Assembly: GCF_036321535.1 (NCBI RefSeq)
Contig: NC_087447.1
Coordinates: 33,048,001-33,112,000 of the forward strand
Origin: Camelus dromedarius
Taxonomy: Eukaryota
DNA length: 64,000 nucleotides
Direction of reading: 5' to 3'
The translations under genes were made by a program, and so were the position numbers. How positions within the stretch are numbered: the first letter of the stretch is position 1; every line of letters begins with the position of its first letter. The notes beneath the pieces are model-generated. The model was not told where the DNA came from, ran no database searches, and saw only the letters and a program-made list of their open reading frames with translations. Positions 41,122-54,103 of this stretch are shown here, one piece after another.

Positions 41122-42796
41122 TACTGACCCTGGCCTACAGCACTGTCTGACTTATTACCAGTAACCAACCTACATGGGTCCGAGGAACGATTTAAAAGGA
41201 CAAGATGTCCAATAGTCAAATTCCCCAGGACTCAAGCACAAGCAACAGCCAGCCGGGAATACTTTTCCCCATGAAAAGCCAGTTAAGTACACGTTTCTGA
41301 CTAGGCCCTAAGAAGTCTTCTAGGTTCTTTAATCTTCTCCAAATGCATTCTGTTTTCATAAAAAGCAGAATGCAAAGGCCTCATTCTCATCAAGGGTTTT
41401 AACGGTTCACACACACAGAGCAAAACTAAAAGAACAAGATTGGAGATGTTTGGAAAAAATTAAACACAGATCTCTTAATAAAGCTGAAAATAGCTTAATA
41501 AAGCTGAGAATAGGCTGCTGGCATCCCGAGGCTTGTTTATTTCTGTTTAAATAGATGACTTCCCATAGACCGTTATCAGCGCAGCGGGGACCCTGGGGGA
41601 GAAGTGCTCTCCTTCCCCTGTGCATTTTACGCTCTTTCCCAATGAGACGCAGCCGGAGTCTATAAAAAACCACCTGTCAGTCTTGATAAAAAACAATAAC
41701 CATGGTCAAGTAATGCTGACACTCTCAGCTGCCCAATTCTGGAGGGCTCTAAACAGATATGGAATCATCTCATGGGAGAAGATCAAGAGTTGGACCATCT
41801 TTTTTTTTTGTAGAAAGGTGGATGGAAGTATTAAGTGAAAGAGTGATAGGGTCGTTCTCATGAGAAATGCTGTTGTCGTGGTTGATTTATTTACCTGAAA
41901 GAGAGGAGCAGAGTGAATGTCAGGACCGTGGGGAAGTCTGGGTGGCACATGTTCTGCTACCAAGGCTGGGAAGAAGTAACTGGAACTAGGACAGACCCCA
42001 GGCAGAAGCTAGCCTCTGGGCAGCTTCCCGGGGCCATCAGGGGAGTAGATCAGACCTCCGGCATACAATGAAAGGTGATTGAGGAGGACAATAGGCACAA
42101 TTTCAAATGAACTCCAAGGCCATTTCCAGAAGGAGTAAGAAATCAAAATGCTCCTGCAGCAGAGCACCTGGGAAGAAAAGATGACCAGTTTCTAGGTCAT
42201 CCAGTTCACTGTCAAGGAGGCATCTGGGAAGAGATGAAGGGAACTAGAGGGTGCTGGAAAGAACAAACTGTCGAAGCATGCTCACAGAGACCGATGGAGA
42301 GCACCATGAAAAGGAACAGAAAGGCTCAGAAGAGAAGCTGCCTAAGAAAAATAATAAATCTTCCTAATCGCAAGAATTAGAGACAACTACAATGAGGTGT
42401 TTAATCAGCTTCATTAATCAACGTAACGAGTTCATTCCTCAAAAAAATCACTTAGAAAAATCAGATGTTCCCCTTAAGTCTTAAAAACCTCGCCTTGTAG
42501 ATAAACATAATCAGGGACAGTTTTTGTAGGTAAAATGAGTTCAACAATAATTACATGCAAATGAGAAATGAGAGGAAAGAGTAAAAGGTTTGAGCATCAG
42601 GTAATGGGGAGAAGGTGGCTTGTGATGGTAGCTCTCCCAGTCAGCGTCCTCCCTTGCTCTCTCCTACTTCTCCTTTCTTTCTCTCTCCCCTCTGAAGGCA
42701 CAACTTACTCCAGGGGGCTTTCTGATTTCCCCTCCTGTGTGCTGTCTTCACGCCCTGCTTATACCTCTGTTACAATACTCATCACACTCCATTATA

Positions 42797-43324
42797 CAAG
42801 CAGACCTCAAAGGTATTGCAAGTTCCGTTCAAGACCACCACAATAAAGCAAATATTGCAATAAATTGAGTCACCCAAATTTTTTGGTTTCCCAGTGCATA
42901 TAAAAGTTATGCTTAAATCATACTGTATTCAATGAAGTATATGATAGCATTATGTCTAAAAAATCAAAGTACATACTTTAATTAATACTTTATTGCTAAA
43001 AAATGCTAATCACCATCTGATCCTTCAGTGATTCATAATCTTTTTGCAATCATAACATCAAAGATCACTGATCACAGATCACCAAGACAAATGTAATACT
43101 TAAAAAAAAAAAAACAAAGACAAATGTAATACTGAAGAAAAAATAAAGTTGAAATATTGCAAGAATTTTACCAAAAAATGATACACAGACACAAAGTGAG
43201 CAAATGCTGTTGGAAAAATGGTGCTCAAAGACTTGCTCAATGCAGGGTGGCCACAAACCTTTAATTTGTTTAAAAAAAAAAAAAAAAGCAATAAAGCAAC
43301 GAACGATAAAACAAGAGATGCCTT
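42797..43324. mobile_element. Internally deleted Tigger1-type DNA transposon
   Basis: Ends resemble Tigger1 TIRs ('caagcagacctc...gaccaccacaataaagc' and 'gataaaacaagagatgcctt') and are flanked by TA. Confidence 0.85.
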
Positions 43325-45661
43325 TAACTGCCATATGAATGTTGATTCCCTCAGCCCCATGGGATCCTAGAGAAAAAGAACATTGATTTGCAAGCTGCAT
43401 CCTCAGTGGCTCACACAGTGCCCAGCTCAAAGCAAGTACTCAAAGGACGACAAACAGTATTAAGGAGCAAGTGAGTAAGTAAAAGAAGAGATGGACAAAG
43501 TTACTGTGCAAACAAGTGTCTTGCTGCTCGCAAGAATAAAATTGGGATCAAAATAACCTAATTCTATCACGACATGAATACCCTAAAAAGAAAGGATCCA
43601 TCCTGGAGACTTTTCTTACCAGGAGAAAACGTGTTCTTTATAAATCGTCTTCCAACATCCTTTTCTGGTATTTGGTGTATAGTTGATTTTTGATACCATG
43701 CTTTTTTACATAAATTGCATCTTTTATCAATTTGAAAAATCAAAGCTAGATGGAGTACCTTAGGTGTGCTCTAACCATAGTCTTACATGGTTAAATAGAA
43801 TTTCATTTGAAATTCCTTTGCATTTCTTTCCACAATACTACTTAGATATCCAGAAGTCTCGACTTCCTCCTTTGCTATCACAGATTTCTGCACAGTAACT
43901 TCAAAATCTGTTTTTTTTCCTTTTTCCCATACCCCATGTTCCATTTAGGAGATGATGCAAATGCCTAAACAAACCCAGCTGTAAGGAGAATGACTCCCTT
44001 TTTATCAATGATAAGATCTAAAAAAAAAAAAAAAAAGAAAAAGAAAAAAGGAAGAAAAATATCCTGGACAAAGTAGAGTAACTTTGAGGAACGTATTAAG
44101 TAGGTAACTATACATATTTGATTTATGGATTTAGTTACTATGCGTAGTTGTATTAAATGCATTATTTAACAGGTGATAGTAAATAATAGATTAATTTAGC
44201 AATACTACTTTCTCCTTTACCATGACATCATGAAATCATTTCATTTAATCTTTTCCCATGAATCTTGACCTCAAGGTCTTCCCCAACCCAGAGCCATTTT
44301 TCAAGTCCTTTAAAGTTTTCCAAACCTATCACCAGCCCATCTAAGTTGTTTGAGATAAAGTGTTGTTTGAATCTGTATTTGATGCTTTCATTCGAAATTT
44401 CAAGCGAAGTTACAAGAATCCAATTGTATAATATTAGGACTTCTTGTTTCCCCATTTGTCTAACAGGTAAATACATGCGATCATTGCAATGTGACGAAAA
44501 ACTGAAATGTGTTATTAAGTGATTTTTAAAAGGCAGATATGTAATGACACTCAATACTTGGCATTGTGAGAACATGTTCCCGGGAATAATGACAAATTTT
44601 TTGTTGAGGGATCATTTTTTGGTCTCCTTTTAAAATTTATTCTCCAGATAATTTCTATACAAATCCCAAACTGGCATAGCTAATGTCACTGTCACCCTCC
44701 TCCAAATACTTTGTCATTCAAAATAAAAGAACTGGGAGAACACCTGGTAATGTAAGAACATTATAAGGATTTCAATTTAGGGCAATTCCTTTTTCATTAC
44801 GGATAGAAAAGGGAAAAAACACTCCCCTTGCATTTGGACATATCTCTAGTTTCTCTCCCCTTTGTGGCCACATCCATTCATTTACATCTACTTTGCATGA
44901 ACTAAATTTGGCATGAACTCTAGCAAACCAGATGCTTTAAGCTGATTAGAGCCCAGACCAGAGTCTTTCTTAGTAGATACTATTTTGATTCAGGCTGTGT
45001 TGGTTTTTATGCATTTGCAAAATCCAAATAAGATATTCCAATTTTTAAGTTGTTTTGTGAAGGTGAGCCTTTTTTTTCTTCCATTTTTAATACATCTCCT
45101 TTGTCTTTTCCTTCTATTTCTTGGAGCAACCACAAATGCAGTCATATGAAGCTTCCCGTGTCAGCACAAGCAAATTCATTTTGCTGTGAAGGCGACTTCA
45201 CCACACTGAATTCCTAGGTTACACAAGTAGTCGGGGAGATCCCAAGAGCCAAGTGTCCCCTTTCAATAACCATCCAGCTCTGTAGTCAGCTTCCCACAGA
45301 TGTTCTGCGTATTCCCAGCTGAGCCCTCAGCAATGCTGTCAGGTTTTTTTGGCTTTTTTTTTTTTTTTTTTTTTTGCAGTCTCTGTAATGATCCAGAATG
45401 GGATATGTTTCTTTAAAATTCTCCTATTTGCAAAATTCAGCATTTCTTGTCCACTTCCTGTCTTGTTTCAGCAGCATATAATTTCTTTTCTATGTTTTGT
45501 CTCTTTTTAATCTGCTGTTATTACAAAGAAGTAGTTCAACTATCTGATTTACCGGAGGCGATGTTTGATACTGGATTCAGGTACTGCTCTCCTCGTTATC
45601 TAGATATCCTGCCTTTCCCATCCTGGGTGGTCTGCGTCACCTACAATTTGGGGAAGTGGCC

Positions 45662-45880
45662 ATAGCAGTGGTGGTTAGACACTGGTGCCACTGGCTTGAT
45701 TTTAATCCTGGCTCTCCTATTTACAATCTGATTGACCTTGAACAAGTTGGTTAACTTTTCTGGGCTTCAATTTCTTTTCAATATAATTGGCATATGTGAG
45801 GATTAAATGAGCTAATATATGTAAACCATTTAGAACAGTATTTGACACACATTAAGTGTTCAAAATATATGAGCAGTCAC
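45662..45880 (+). mobile_element. MIR SINE
   Basis: Motifs 'gcagtggtggttaga', 'tgaccttgaacaagttggttaac' and 'gtgaggattaaatgagctaatatatgtaaa'. Confidence 0.85.
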
Positions 45881-46019
45881 TTTTCCTATGGATTACATCA
45901 GGAGATGGCCGTGGTTAATGAAGAGAGATCTATGGCAGAAACCTAATGTACTTTTACACAACAGTATGAGGATTTCACACACAAACCTGGCCATTTAAAA
46001 CCATTTAAACACCTGGATC

Positions 46020-46240
46020 CTAGAGCCACAGTGTGGGAATTGGAATTCAGGCTTCACCTCCTGTTAGTTGTGTAATCTCAAGCCAATTTCTTAACCTCTA
46101 TGCGCCTCAGTCTTCTCATCTATAAAATCAGGATTATAATCATCATAATCTAATATGATTGATATGAGAATTAAATAAATGCAAAGCATGAAGAATAACA
46201 CATGGCACATACTAAGCACAAAAAAGTTATAGTCACTAAA
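46020..46240 (+). mobile_element. MIR SINE
   Basis: MIR core 'cttaacctctatgcgcctcagtcttctcatctataaaat'. Confidence 0.85.
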
Positions 46241-48054
46241 ACCATTAGCTGTCCCTTCAACCCCATTTGGTATGTATTTAATTAGCACCTACTATGTGCA
46301 AGGCCCTAAGCTGAATAATACAAGAGACAGAATATGAGCTAAAATATGATCCTTATCCTCAAGGAGCATATAATTTATTAAGGCTCAAGTCAGGTAGATA
46401 AAAAATGAATGTAAGACAAAATGTGAAATGAACAAGTTCAAAAGTCCAACAGGAGGTTTATGCGCACTCAGAGAGGATAAAGGGGAGTGCCCCTGGAGGG
46501 GGGTGACCAGAGACCTCCCCACAAAGGACAGTGCTATTTGAACTACACCTTGCAGAACGGGTAGACTTGTAATAGGCAGAGACTAAACTGAGAGAAATGC
46601 CTCAGTGAGAGGAATTACATCCCATGGGAGGAAAAGAAAAGGTCATATTTAGGTAAATGAAGATACCTATATTGGCTGGAACATGTGGCATATCTAGGAA
46701 AACTGGAACCTCTTAGACTGGAAAGAGAGTGTGGACTAAAATTACAGAGAATCTTGAATATATTCCGAATTCAGGGAACAGAGTAATGGCAGTCCAAACA
46801 CTGCCGTAAGGAGATTTGTCTGATGCCAATGTTGAAAATTAACTGGAATAAGGGAAAAGCAAAGGCCGAGGAACTCATGTTTTTCTGTGTGTTTCTTAAC
46901 TTGTGGTTTAAGTGGCTTATGGTAAAACAAACTATGAGAAAATGAAATTAACAGAGCAAAATATATTAAAATCAAATAATAGAACTCAAAGAGAAAATTC
47001 CCTAGAGGATAAAAGGGCTGAAGGCTTTCTTCTGTGCTTCCTAGCAGCCAACGCACATTATCTAGTAGATGGGAGGACACAAATTCATAGTTAAAGACAC
47101 AAGTTTCCTGGGTCCTCAGTTCTGAGAGGAGCCTTCCTTGTTGACATTTTAAATAGATTCACCGTTTTCCCCAAAATTCAGAGATGTTCCCTAACAAGAT
47201 TTTGCACACCACAAAGCTGAAGTGAGGATGTTAAAACATCCTTCGATAAAAGCAAGTCTGTGAAGATGGTGGTGAGGAAAGAGATTTACAGAGTGATACT
47301 GTCTAGTTGTCCAATTTTATATTTGATATCAAAATTTGAGATGAGACAAGTTTTTTTTTTTTTTTGCATTTTTTAAACTGAAGCATAGACAACCTTTTTA
47401 GACAGTCCTTGAGAAATTATACTGATGAGAAATAGTAGTACCGTCTGGTCACTTTACATACCAAAGACAATCAATTGTTTGAAGTCACTAAGTTTTGAGC
47501 TGGTTTCTTAGACAGCTATAGACAATCAAAGCAATTTATTTTAACTTTTACAACAATCTTATGAAGATACGAATTTAATTTTATTTTTTAGGTGAACAAA
47601 CTGGACATCAGAGATTAAACAACTTATCCAAGGTCACACAGCTCCAACGTGGAAGGGCGGGGATGAATGTCAGCTATGCCACCTGGGTGGCTGAGTGATC
47701 TGTAAGGTCACTGACTAAAATATAACCATAAGGAGAGGTTCATTGAGAGAAAAGTCACATAATCCGTAGTTGGAATTTAGACAAAGTAGAATAAACTGTA
47801 AATCCTAAGATAAAATTATCCAATAATAATACAGAAATCTTCTCAAGCAACAGAGCCAGCCTGCCAACCACCGGTTTAACCGCCTCGAGGGCTTTCGCAT
47901 TCTCCACAGGGGAGCCATCTTGTAAAGAAAGGTTCATAGACTGAAGCCAAACAGGAGCATTTTGCAATAGATTACTTCTTCTAATCCTCTACTCCTATAT
48001 GTGAATTCAGTCCATTCTTTTCTTCCTCTCTTTTAACCTTCCCTCCTACCTTCC

Positions 48055-48780
48055 TTTCACAAATATTTAGTGTGAGCACAAAGAGCTTGTTGCTATCCTA
48101 GGATCTGATGCCATAGTGATGAGTAACCCCATCACTCTGGTTGCCAAGGACCGTACTGTGTAATAAGGTTAATGAGAAGGAAACCATGTGATGACAACCG
48201 GAGAGATAAACACTAAGTAGGGGATACAGAGGGCTTTGGGGGACCCGGGAGGGGTACTCCCCTCAGTCTTAGCAGGGAAATGGAAAGAGTTAAGTCAGAC
48301 TTCCCAGAGGTGGTGAGAATTTAGTCCTTTAGGTAAGAAGGAGATCATCTCCTAGAGGAGGGAAGAACCAAGACCACGTGCAAAGGCCTGAACTAGCAGG
48401 AGTATGCGGCTCTTTGACAATGAGCTCTGGGTGCACTCTCTCCTGCCACACTGTGCTGTTACTGGGGTGGAGAGAGCGGACAGAAATGTTACACCTGGGG
48501 AAGGAAGCAGAGATCAGAACATGGAGGGTCTTTCGTGCTGTGCTCAGTTGACTTTCTCTCAAGGGTAAAGGAAAGACACTGAATGAAAGGGTTAAGTATG
48601 GAAGCAACATGATTCTATGTCCTTTTTAGAAAGATCATGCTGAGTGCACTGTAGAAACTGGGAAGTTACCAAAGATGAGAAAGGCTAACAAGAAAGGGGG
48701 CATCAGTGAGAAAGAAGAGAGGTGGTTGGATTTAAGAAATAAGGGAGAGATAAGAGGACTTGACGAACAAGTAGATATGG
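48055..48780 (-). mobile_element. L2 LINE fragment
   Basis: Antisense L2 motifs ('gtgcaaaggcctgaa', 'tttagaaagatcatgctg'). Confidence 0.7.
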
Positions 48781-50938
48781 TTCACTACCCTAGCTGAAAG
48801 TCAGTTACAAGCCCATAATAGAATAGTAAGTGAAACAACTTATCCACTAAGTTCCAAGGACAGTAATAAATTAATATAATTTGCCCAGTTCTCCTCAGAA
48901 TTAGCTTTCGGAATGGTATATAATGGATACGAATGAATATGATAATTTCTAAACGATGCCAAGCTCTTACCATTTGACAGGCACAGTGCTACCAGCTTTA
49001 TGTGTATTTTCTTGATCAATTTGCCAAACAACCCTATGAGATAGCTACAACTATTTTCTCCCTCTACATAAGAGAAATGTGAGGCCGTATCACCCATTAT
49101 CATTCATTTTGGTGGATTCAATAAACATACATTCTGATTCTGTAGGTACCAGTCATTATACAGAGGACAAGAAAAAAGAACACATGGCCTTTGCCCTAGA
49201 GATGTTCATAGCTAAGTGGGAAAACCCAGTAAGGATAAGTGAAAACTCCATGATGGTGTGCTGCAGGCCATCACAGCACTCTAGTCCAAAACCTGTTGGA
49301 AGATTCTGGAAACAACCATCTTTAACAGAGAGGGAAACTTCAGCTCAAATGCACCTGTCGGCATAAACTCCCACTGTCAAATAAAAGCCAATAGCTGGGC
49401 TACTGTCTGCATTTGGGCTGGCTGTGCCATGCATAAACTCCCCTAGCCATGAGAGAATGGGGTACAGAGTGGGTAGAGTGGGTTGAAGTAGTTTGGGTTC
49501 TTGTGGCACTGGAAGTGGGGGTGTTTTGAGGCAAAAATCCACCCCTTCTCCACTCATCAAACCATGCCTCTGGTTCCAGGTCTACACCAGCCCAGAGGAA
49601 GGCACCTTATGGGTCACTGGCAGCCCTGGTTAATGGCGTATCTCATGTCCAATAAAAGGAATAGCATGACTATTTTATAGCTGACTTACGCCTGCTTGTC
49701 GTGATCTTCAAGAAAGACTTGTATATAGGGTTGAAGGTAGTCATTCTCTCCTCAAATTAAATCCCCTCAAACGAGTGTCTGGCTTTCCAGACCCTGGGTC
49801 CTGACTTTACACTTAATGAGGACAAGTGAGATCAAAACAATAGGATAAATCAGAGCCTTTTGGAAACCATAAGGACTTTTTCAGGTCTCAGTCCAATGTC
49901 TCTAACTTGTGGTCCATGAACCATGACAGAATCCAAGGGTTATAGCTGAGATACAGAGGATTCTAAAATATTCTTAAGGATTTACTATTTTTCTCAATCT
50001 CACTTCTATCTGCAAGCTATTTCTGCCGGTAAGACTGCAATAAATTTTTATAATCATTGCTTTTATTTTCTACTTGAGTAATAAATATTTCCCAGCACTA
50101 GTAAAATTATCATTTTTGTTCGTGTTTCTCCCACCTATGACCTTGGAATTACTGTACATAAAATATAGTGAGCGTAAACATTTAAACTAGCTCAGTGTTT
50201 TCTGTTTTTTTAGGTGCACTCTTTCTCCAAAAAAGAGATTAAAAGAAAGTAAATCATGAAGGATTGTGAAACAGTTAGCGTGGAGTTTTCAGTCCACTGT
50301 TCTATTTGTGTAGCAAAGATTCATGGGCCCGGTGCCTGTTAATTGGGGATCTGACCTCTAGACTCTTGAGCCCAACTGGAAGAAATCTGAGTCCTCTTTC
50401 CAGGAAAGCTGTAGTGCTCAAGGATGTCCATGTGTGAAAAATCACACCAGCAAAAAGTCCTCCCTCACATGCACAAGGCCAGGGGGAAAGATGGGGTATC
50501 TAGGATGGAGCAGAAGCAGTCCGAACTAGCTCAGCTTTACGGTACCTTTTTATTATTAAAATTACAATGTATATTTTGTAGGCAAATTTTATCACACCAA
50601 TTAACTCATTAACAATCTCTAGAGAGAAGCCAGACTCCTCTGGTGGCTCGTTTGCAGAATTTTAATGACCTAGATAAGAGAAAATCAGTGTACCATGTTC
50701 TGGAAAAGCCCCAGGACTCTACCAACCATTCTGATTTATTCACTGTAACATCTCATAGAGAAGTGTGAATTGTGGATTAAAACAGAAAAGAACTCTTCAA
50801 TACAGATACAACACAATAAGTATGGCTAATTTTAAAAGCAGTATTTATAGCATTTATGGCATTTAAATTTATTATTATTTTTTTAAAATCAGACTTGAAT
50901 CCCTCCCCCGACCTCTTCCAAGTAGGAACAGAAGCTAC

Positions 50939-50944
50939 TTTATT
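50939..50944 (-). promoter_or_regulatory. Polyadenylation signal (AATAAA) of the IDH3G-like retrocopy
   Basis: tttatt on the + strand, just downstream of the retrocopy's C-terminal frame. Confidence 0.6.
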
Positions 50945-50956
50945 CTGAAGTCCACA

Positions 50957-52221
50957 TCAGCCAAGCTGGCTGGGGCTTCTGAGTGTGTAGAGCGAGGTAA
51001 AGTGTGCAACAGGGAAGATTTTGGAGCAGAGCTCAGCCTCCAAGGCACTGACCGTTAAACTGGCAGCACTGATGTGGTTTATGGTATTTTGTATGCATCC
51101 AATGTGGTACCTTGGCCTCCAGTGTCTGGAGTTTGGATGTCTTTGTTCTCCATGGATGCCAAGACTGTAGTACAAATGGAGGTGGCATAGGAATGGAGCT
51201 TGAGGTAATCCAGCATGATACAACTTGCCAGCAGCATGTCAGTAGGGTTGGCCATATTCTTGTTGGCTAGTGTCTTCTTGCCTGATTGCCTTGAGGCTGT
51301 TTCAAACACTGCACATATGTGGCCATAGTTGGCACTAGGTACCAGGCCTTCTCTCCCAACCAACCCTGTGCAGACACTACTGACAGTGTTGCCATAAAGA
51401 CTGGGCATCACCATGACATCAAACTGCTGGGGCCACGATACCAGCTGCATGGTGGTATAATCCACAATCATGCCCTCAAAGGTGAGCTGAAGATAGCGGG
51501 ATGTCATCTGCCTACAGCACTGGAGGAAAAGCCCGTCTCCTAGTTTCATGATGTTGGCCTTGTGCACAGCCATCACTTTCTTGCCCCCCATCTCCTGGGC
51601 CAGCTGGAAGGCATTCTCAGCAATGTGCAAAGACCTGGCCTCAGTAATGATCTTCAGGCTCCCTATCACTCCTTTCACACTCTCATGCTCCAGGTTGCTG
51701 TATTCACCCTCCGTGTTTTCCCAAACAACTAAGATGTCTATGTTCTTGTGCTGGGTCTCCACACCTGGCAGACTCTTAAAATGGGTGACTTTGGTGTAGA
51801 GATCCAGAGAACCACGAAACATACTGTTTTGGGACGTGTGGGATGGTGGCAGTTGTAGTCAGTTTCAATGTTGCCCTTCAAGGCTATGTGGTTTCAGCGG
51901 ACTGCCATGATGGCATTATGAACGTCCTCTTCAGGAGAAGTGGAGTGAATCCGCATCTCCTCGAAGTCCGCAGGCACACACGCATGTCTGAACATATTCT
52001 TGATGTGCAGCGTTAAGTTCAGGCTCGATGCCGTCCCCAGGAATCATGGTCACAGTGTGCCGCCCACCATAGTTGGCTGGTGGAGGAATGCTGCATTGAA
52101 AACTGAAGCTCCTCAGTGATGTCTCATGGCCAAGGAAAATCTCCCAAGAATGGCCAAGAATAGTTGGTGCGAACATGGCCTTCAAAGAGCACCTGGCAGC
52201 TGCCAGCATCTTCAGTGTCAT
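50957..52221 (-). pseudogene. IDH3G: Intronless IDH3G-like (isocitrate dehydrogenase [NAD] gamma / gamma-2, IDH3GL-type) retrocopy, disrupted
   Basis: Full-length colinear homology: MTLKM..., [84 protein letters not shown]. There are no introns. Lesions: +1 nt at ~52013, in-frame TGA at 51894-51896, -1 nt at ~51852 and -1 nt at ~51096. The symbol given is that of the parent gene. Confidence 0.95.
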
Positions 52222-53700
52222 GATCATTAAAAAAAAGATTTAATTCAATTTATGTAAAAATATGTGTTCTTCCTCTTGCTTTGAACTGGCTTCTTCTGGT
52301 AGAATTCTAGACCCAAAATTCTTGCCTAGGTCACAGTTGTCTCTCCTTCCTTGTATTCTATTTTTGAGACATTCTACTGCAGTAAGAGAGAGAGAGAGAG
52401 CTAGTCACAAGGAGACGTGATGTTATATAGTAGAAAATACACTCTGGAGTTGGGTAATTCATCAGGCATATTCCATGTATCTGTATGATATCCTTAAAAA
52501 AACAAACTTTATATTTTAGAGCAGTTTTAGGTTCACAGAAAAACTGAGTAGCAGGTACAGAGATTTCCCATACAAATATTTCCTTGCCCCTACAAAGGCA
52601 CAGCCTCCCCAACATCAAAATCCTGCACAGAGTGGTACATTTGTTACAGCTGATGAACCTACACTGACACATCCTTATCACCTAAAGTCCACTGTTAAGT
52701 TAGGGTTCACTCTTGATGTTGTACATTCTGAGTTTAGATGGCACGCAGCATCACTGCAGATTCATACAGAGTAGCTTCTCAGTCCTAAAAATCTTGTCTG
52801 CTTTGTTTAGTCATTCCTCCCTCTCCCCAACCATTGGAAACCACTGGTATTTTTGGAGACTCTAGTCTCCAAAGCTGTGCATTTCCCAGGAAGTCACACA
52901 ACTGGACTCATACTGTATGTAGCCTTCTCAGATCAGCTTCTTTGACTTAACAGGCATTTGAGTTTCTTCCACATCTTTTCATGGCTCAATAGTGCATTTC
53001 TTTTTAGCACTGAATAAAATTTCATTATCCAGGTGTACCAGTGTTTATCTGTTCACCTACTGAAGAACATTGTGGTTGTTCCCAAGTTTTGGTAATGATG
53101 AATAAAAGCTATTATAAACATACACGTGCAGATTTTGGGTGGACGTAAGTTTTCAACTTATTTGGGTAAATAACAACGGGCAAAACTACTGAATGTTATG
53201 GTAAAAGTTGGCTGGTTTTGTCAGAAATTGCTAAACTGTCTTCCAAAATGGAAGTGCTATTTTGCATTCTCACCAGCAATGAATGAGAGTTCCTGTTGTT
53301 CCACATCCTTGCCAGCATTTGGTGTTGACAATGTTCCAGATTTTGGCCATTCTAACAGACGTGTAGTGGTATCCTGTTTTAATTTTCATTTCTCTGATGA
53401 CCCATGATGTGGAAGCATCTTTTCATGTGCTTATCTGCCATCTGGGTATCTTCTCTGATGAGATATCTGTTAAAGTTTTTGCCACATTTTTAATCAAGTT
53501 GTTTTCTTATTGTTGACTTTTAAAAGTTCTCCGTTTAATCCGGATAGCAGTTCTTTATCAGATGTGCCTTTTACAAAAAATTTCTCTCAGTCTGTGGCTT
53601 CTCTTCCCATTCTCTTGACATAGCCTTTTTGTGGAGAAGAAGTTTTAGTAAAGTCTAGTTTTTAAATTTTTTTCTTTCATGGATCCTGTCCTTGGTATTT

Positions 53701-54103
53701 GATGATGACAATGCAAAGTGCTAGTCATTTTAGAACATGATCTGGCAATTTCTTACAAAACTGAACATAGGTTTTACTATACGATCCAGCACCTACACTC
53801 CTAGATATTTACCCAGATGAGCTGAAAACTTGTGTTCATACAAAAACCTACATATAAATGTCTATAGCAGCTTTTATTCGTAATTGCCAGAACTTGAAGA
53901 AACCCAGATGTACCTCAATAGATTAAAAGATACCAAGGGGGATGGGGTGGGAAGGGTCAGACTGGGAGTTCGAAATTTGTAGATACTGACAGGCATATGT
54001 AGAATAGATAAACAAGATTTGTGCTCTACACTGGAAATTGACAAGGCATTGTAAAATGACTATAACTCAATTAAAAATGTAAAAAAATAAATAAAATAAA
54101 ATA
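53701..54103 (+). mobile_element. Composite sense-strand L1 insertion (old ORF2-end fragment plus young 3'UTR and A tail)
   Basis: 53701-53925 resembles an old L1 ORF2 end; 53931-54103 matches the young 3'UTR family seen at 13373-13593. Confidence 0.8.

Noticed and set aside
51079..51822. 247-aa IDH3G-like ORF as a functional CDS
   Set aside because: It lacks the mitochondrial presequence and N-terminal third, has a frameshifted C-terminus and carries Arg>Trp changes in conserved motifs.
51852..52013. +1 and -1 indels as compensating frameshifts restoring a full-length protein
   Set aside because: The flanking ORFs are in the same frame, but the shifted interval contains three stops (first TGA at 51931).
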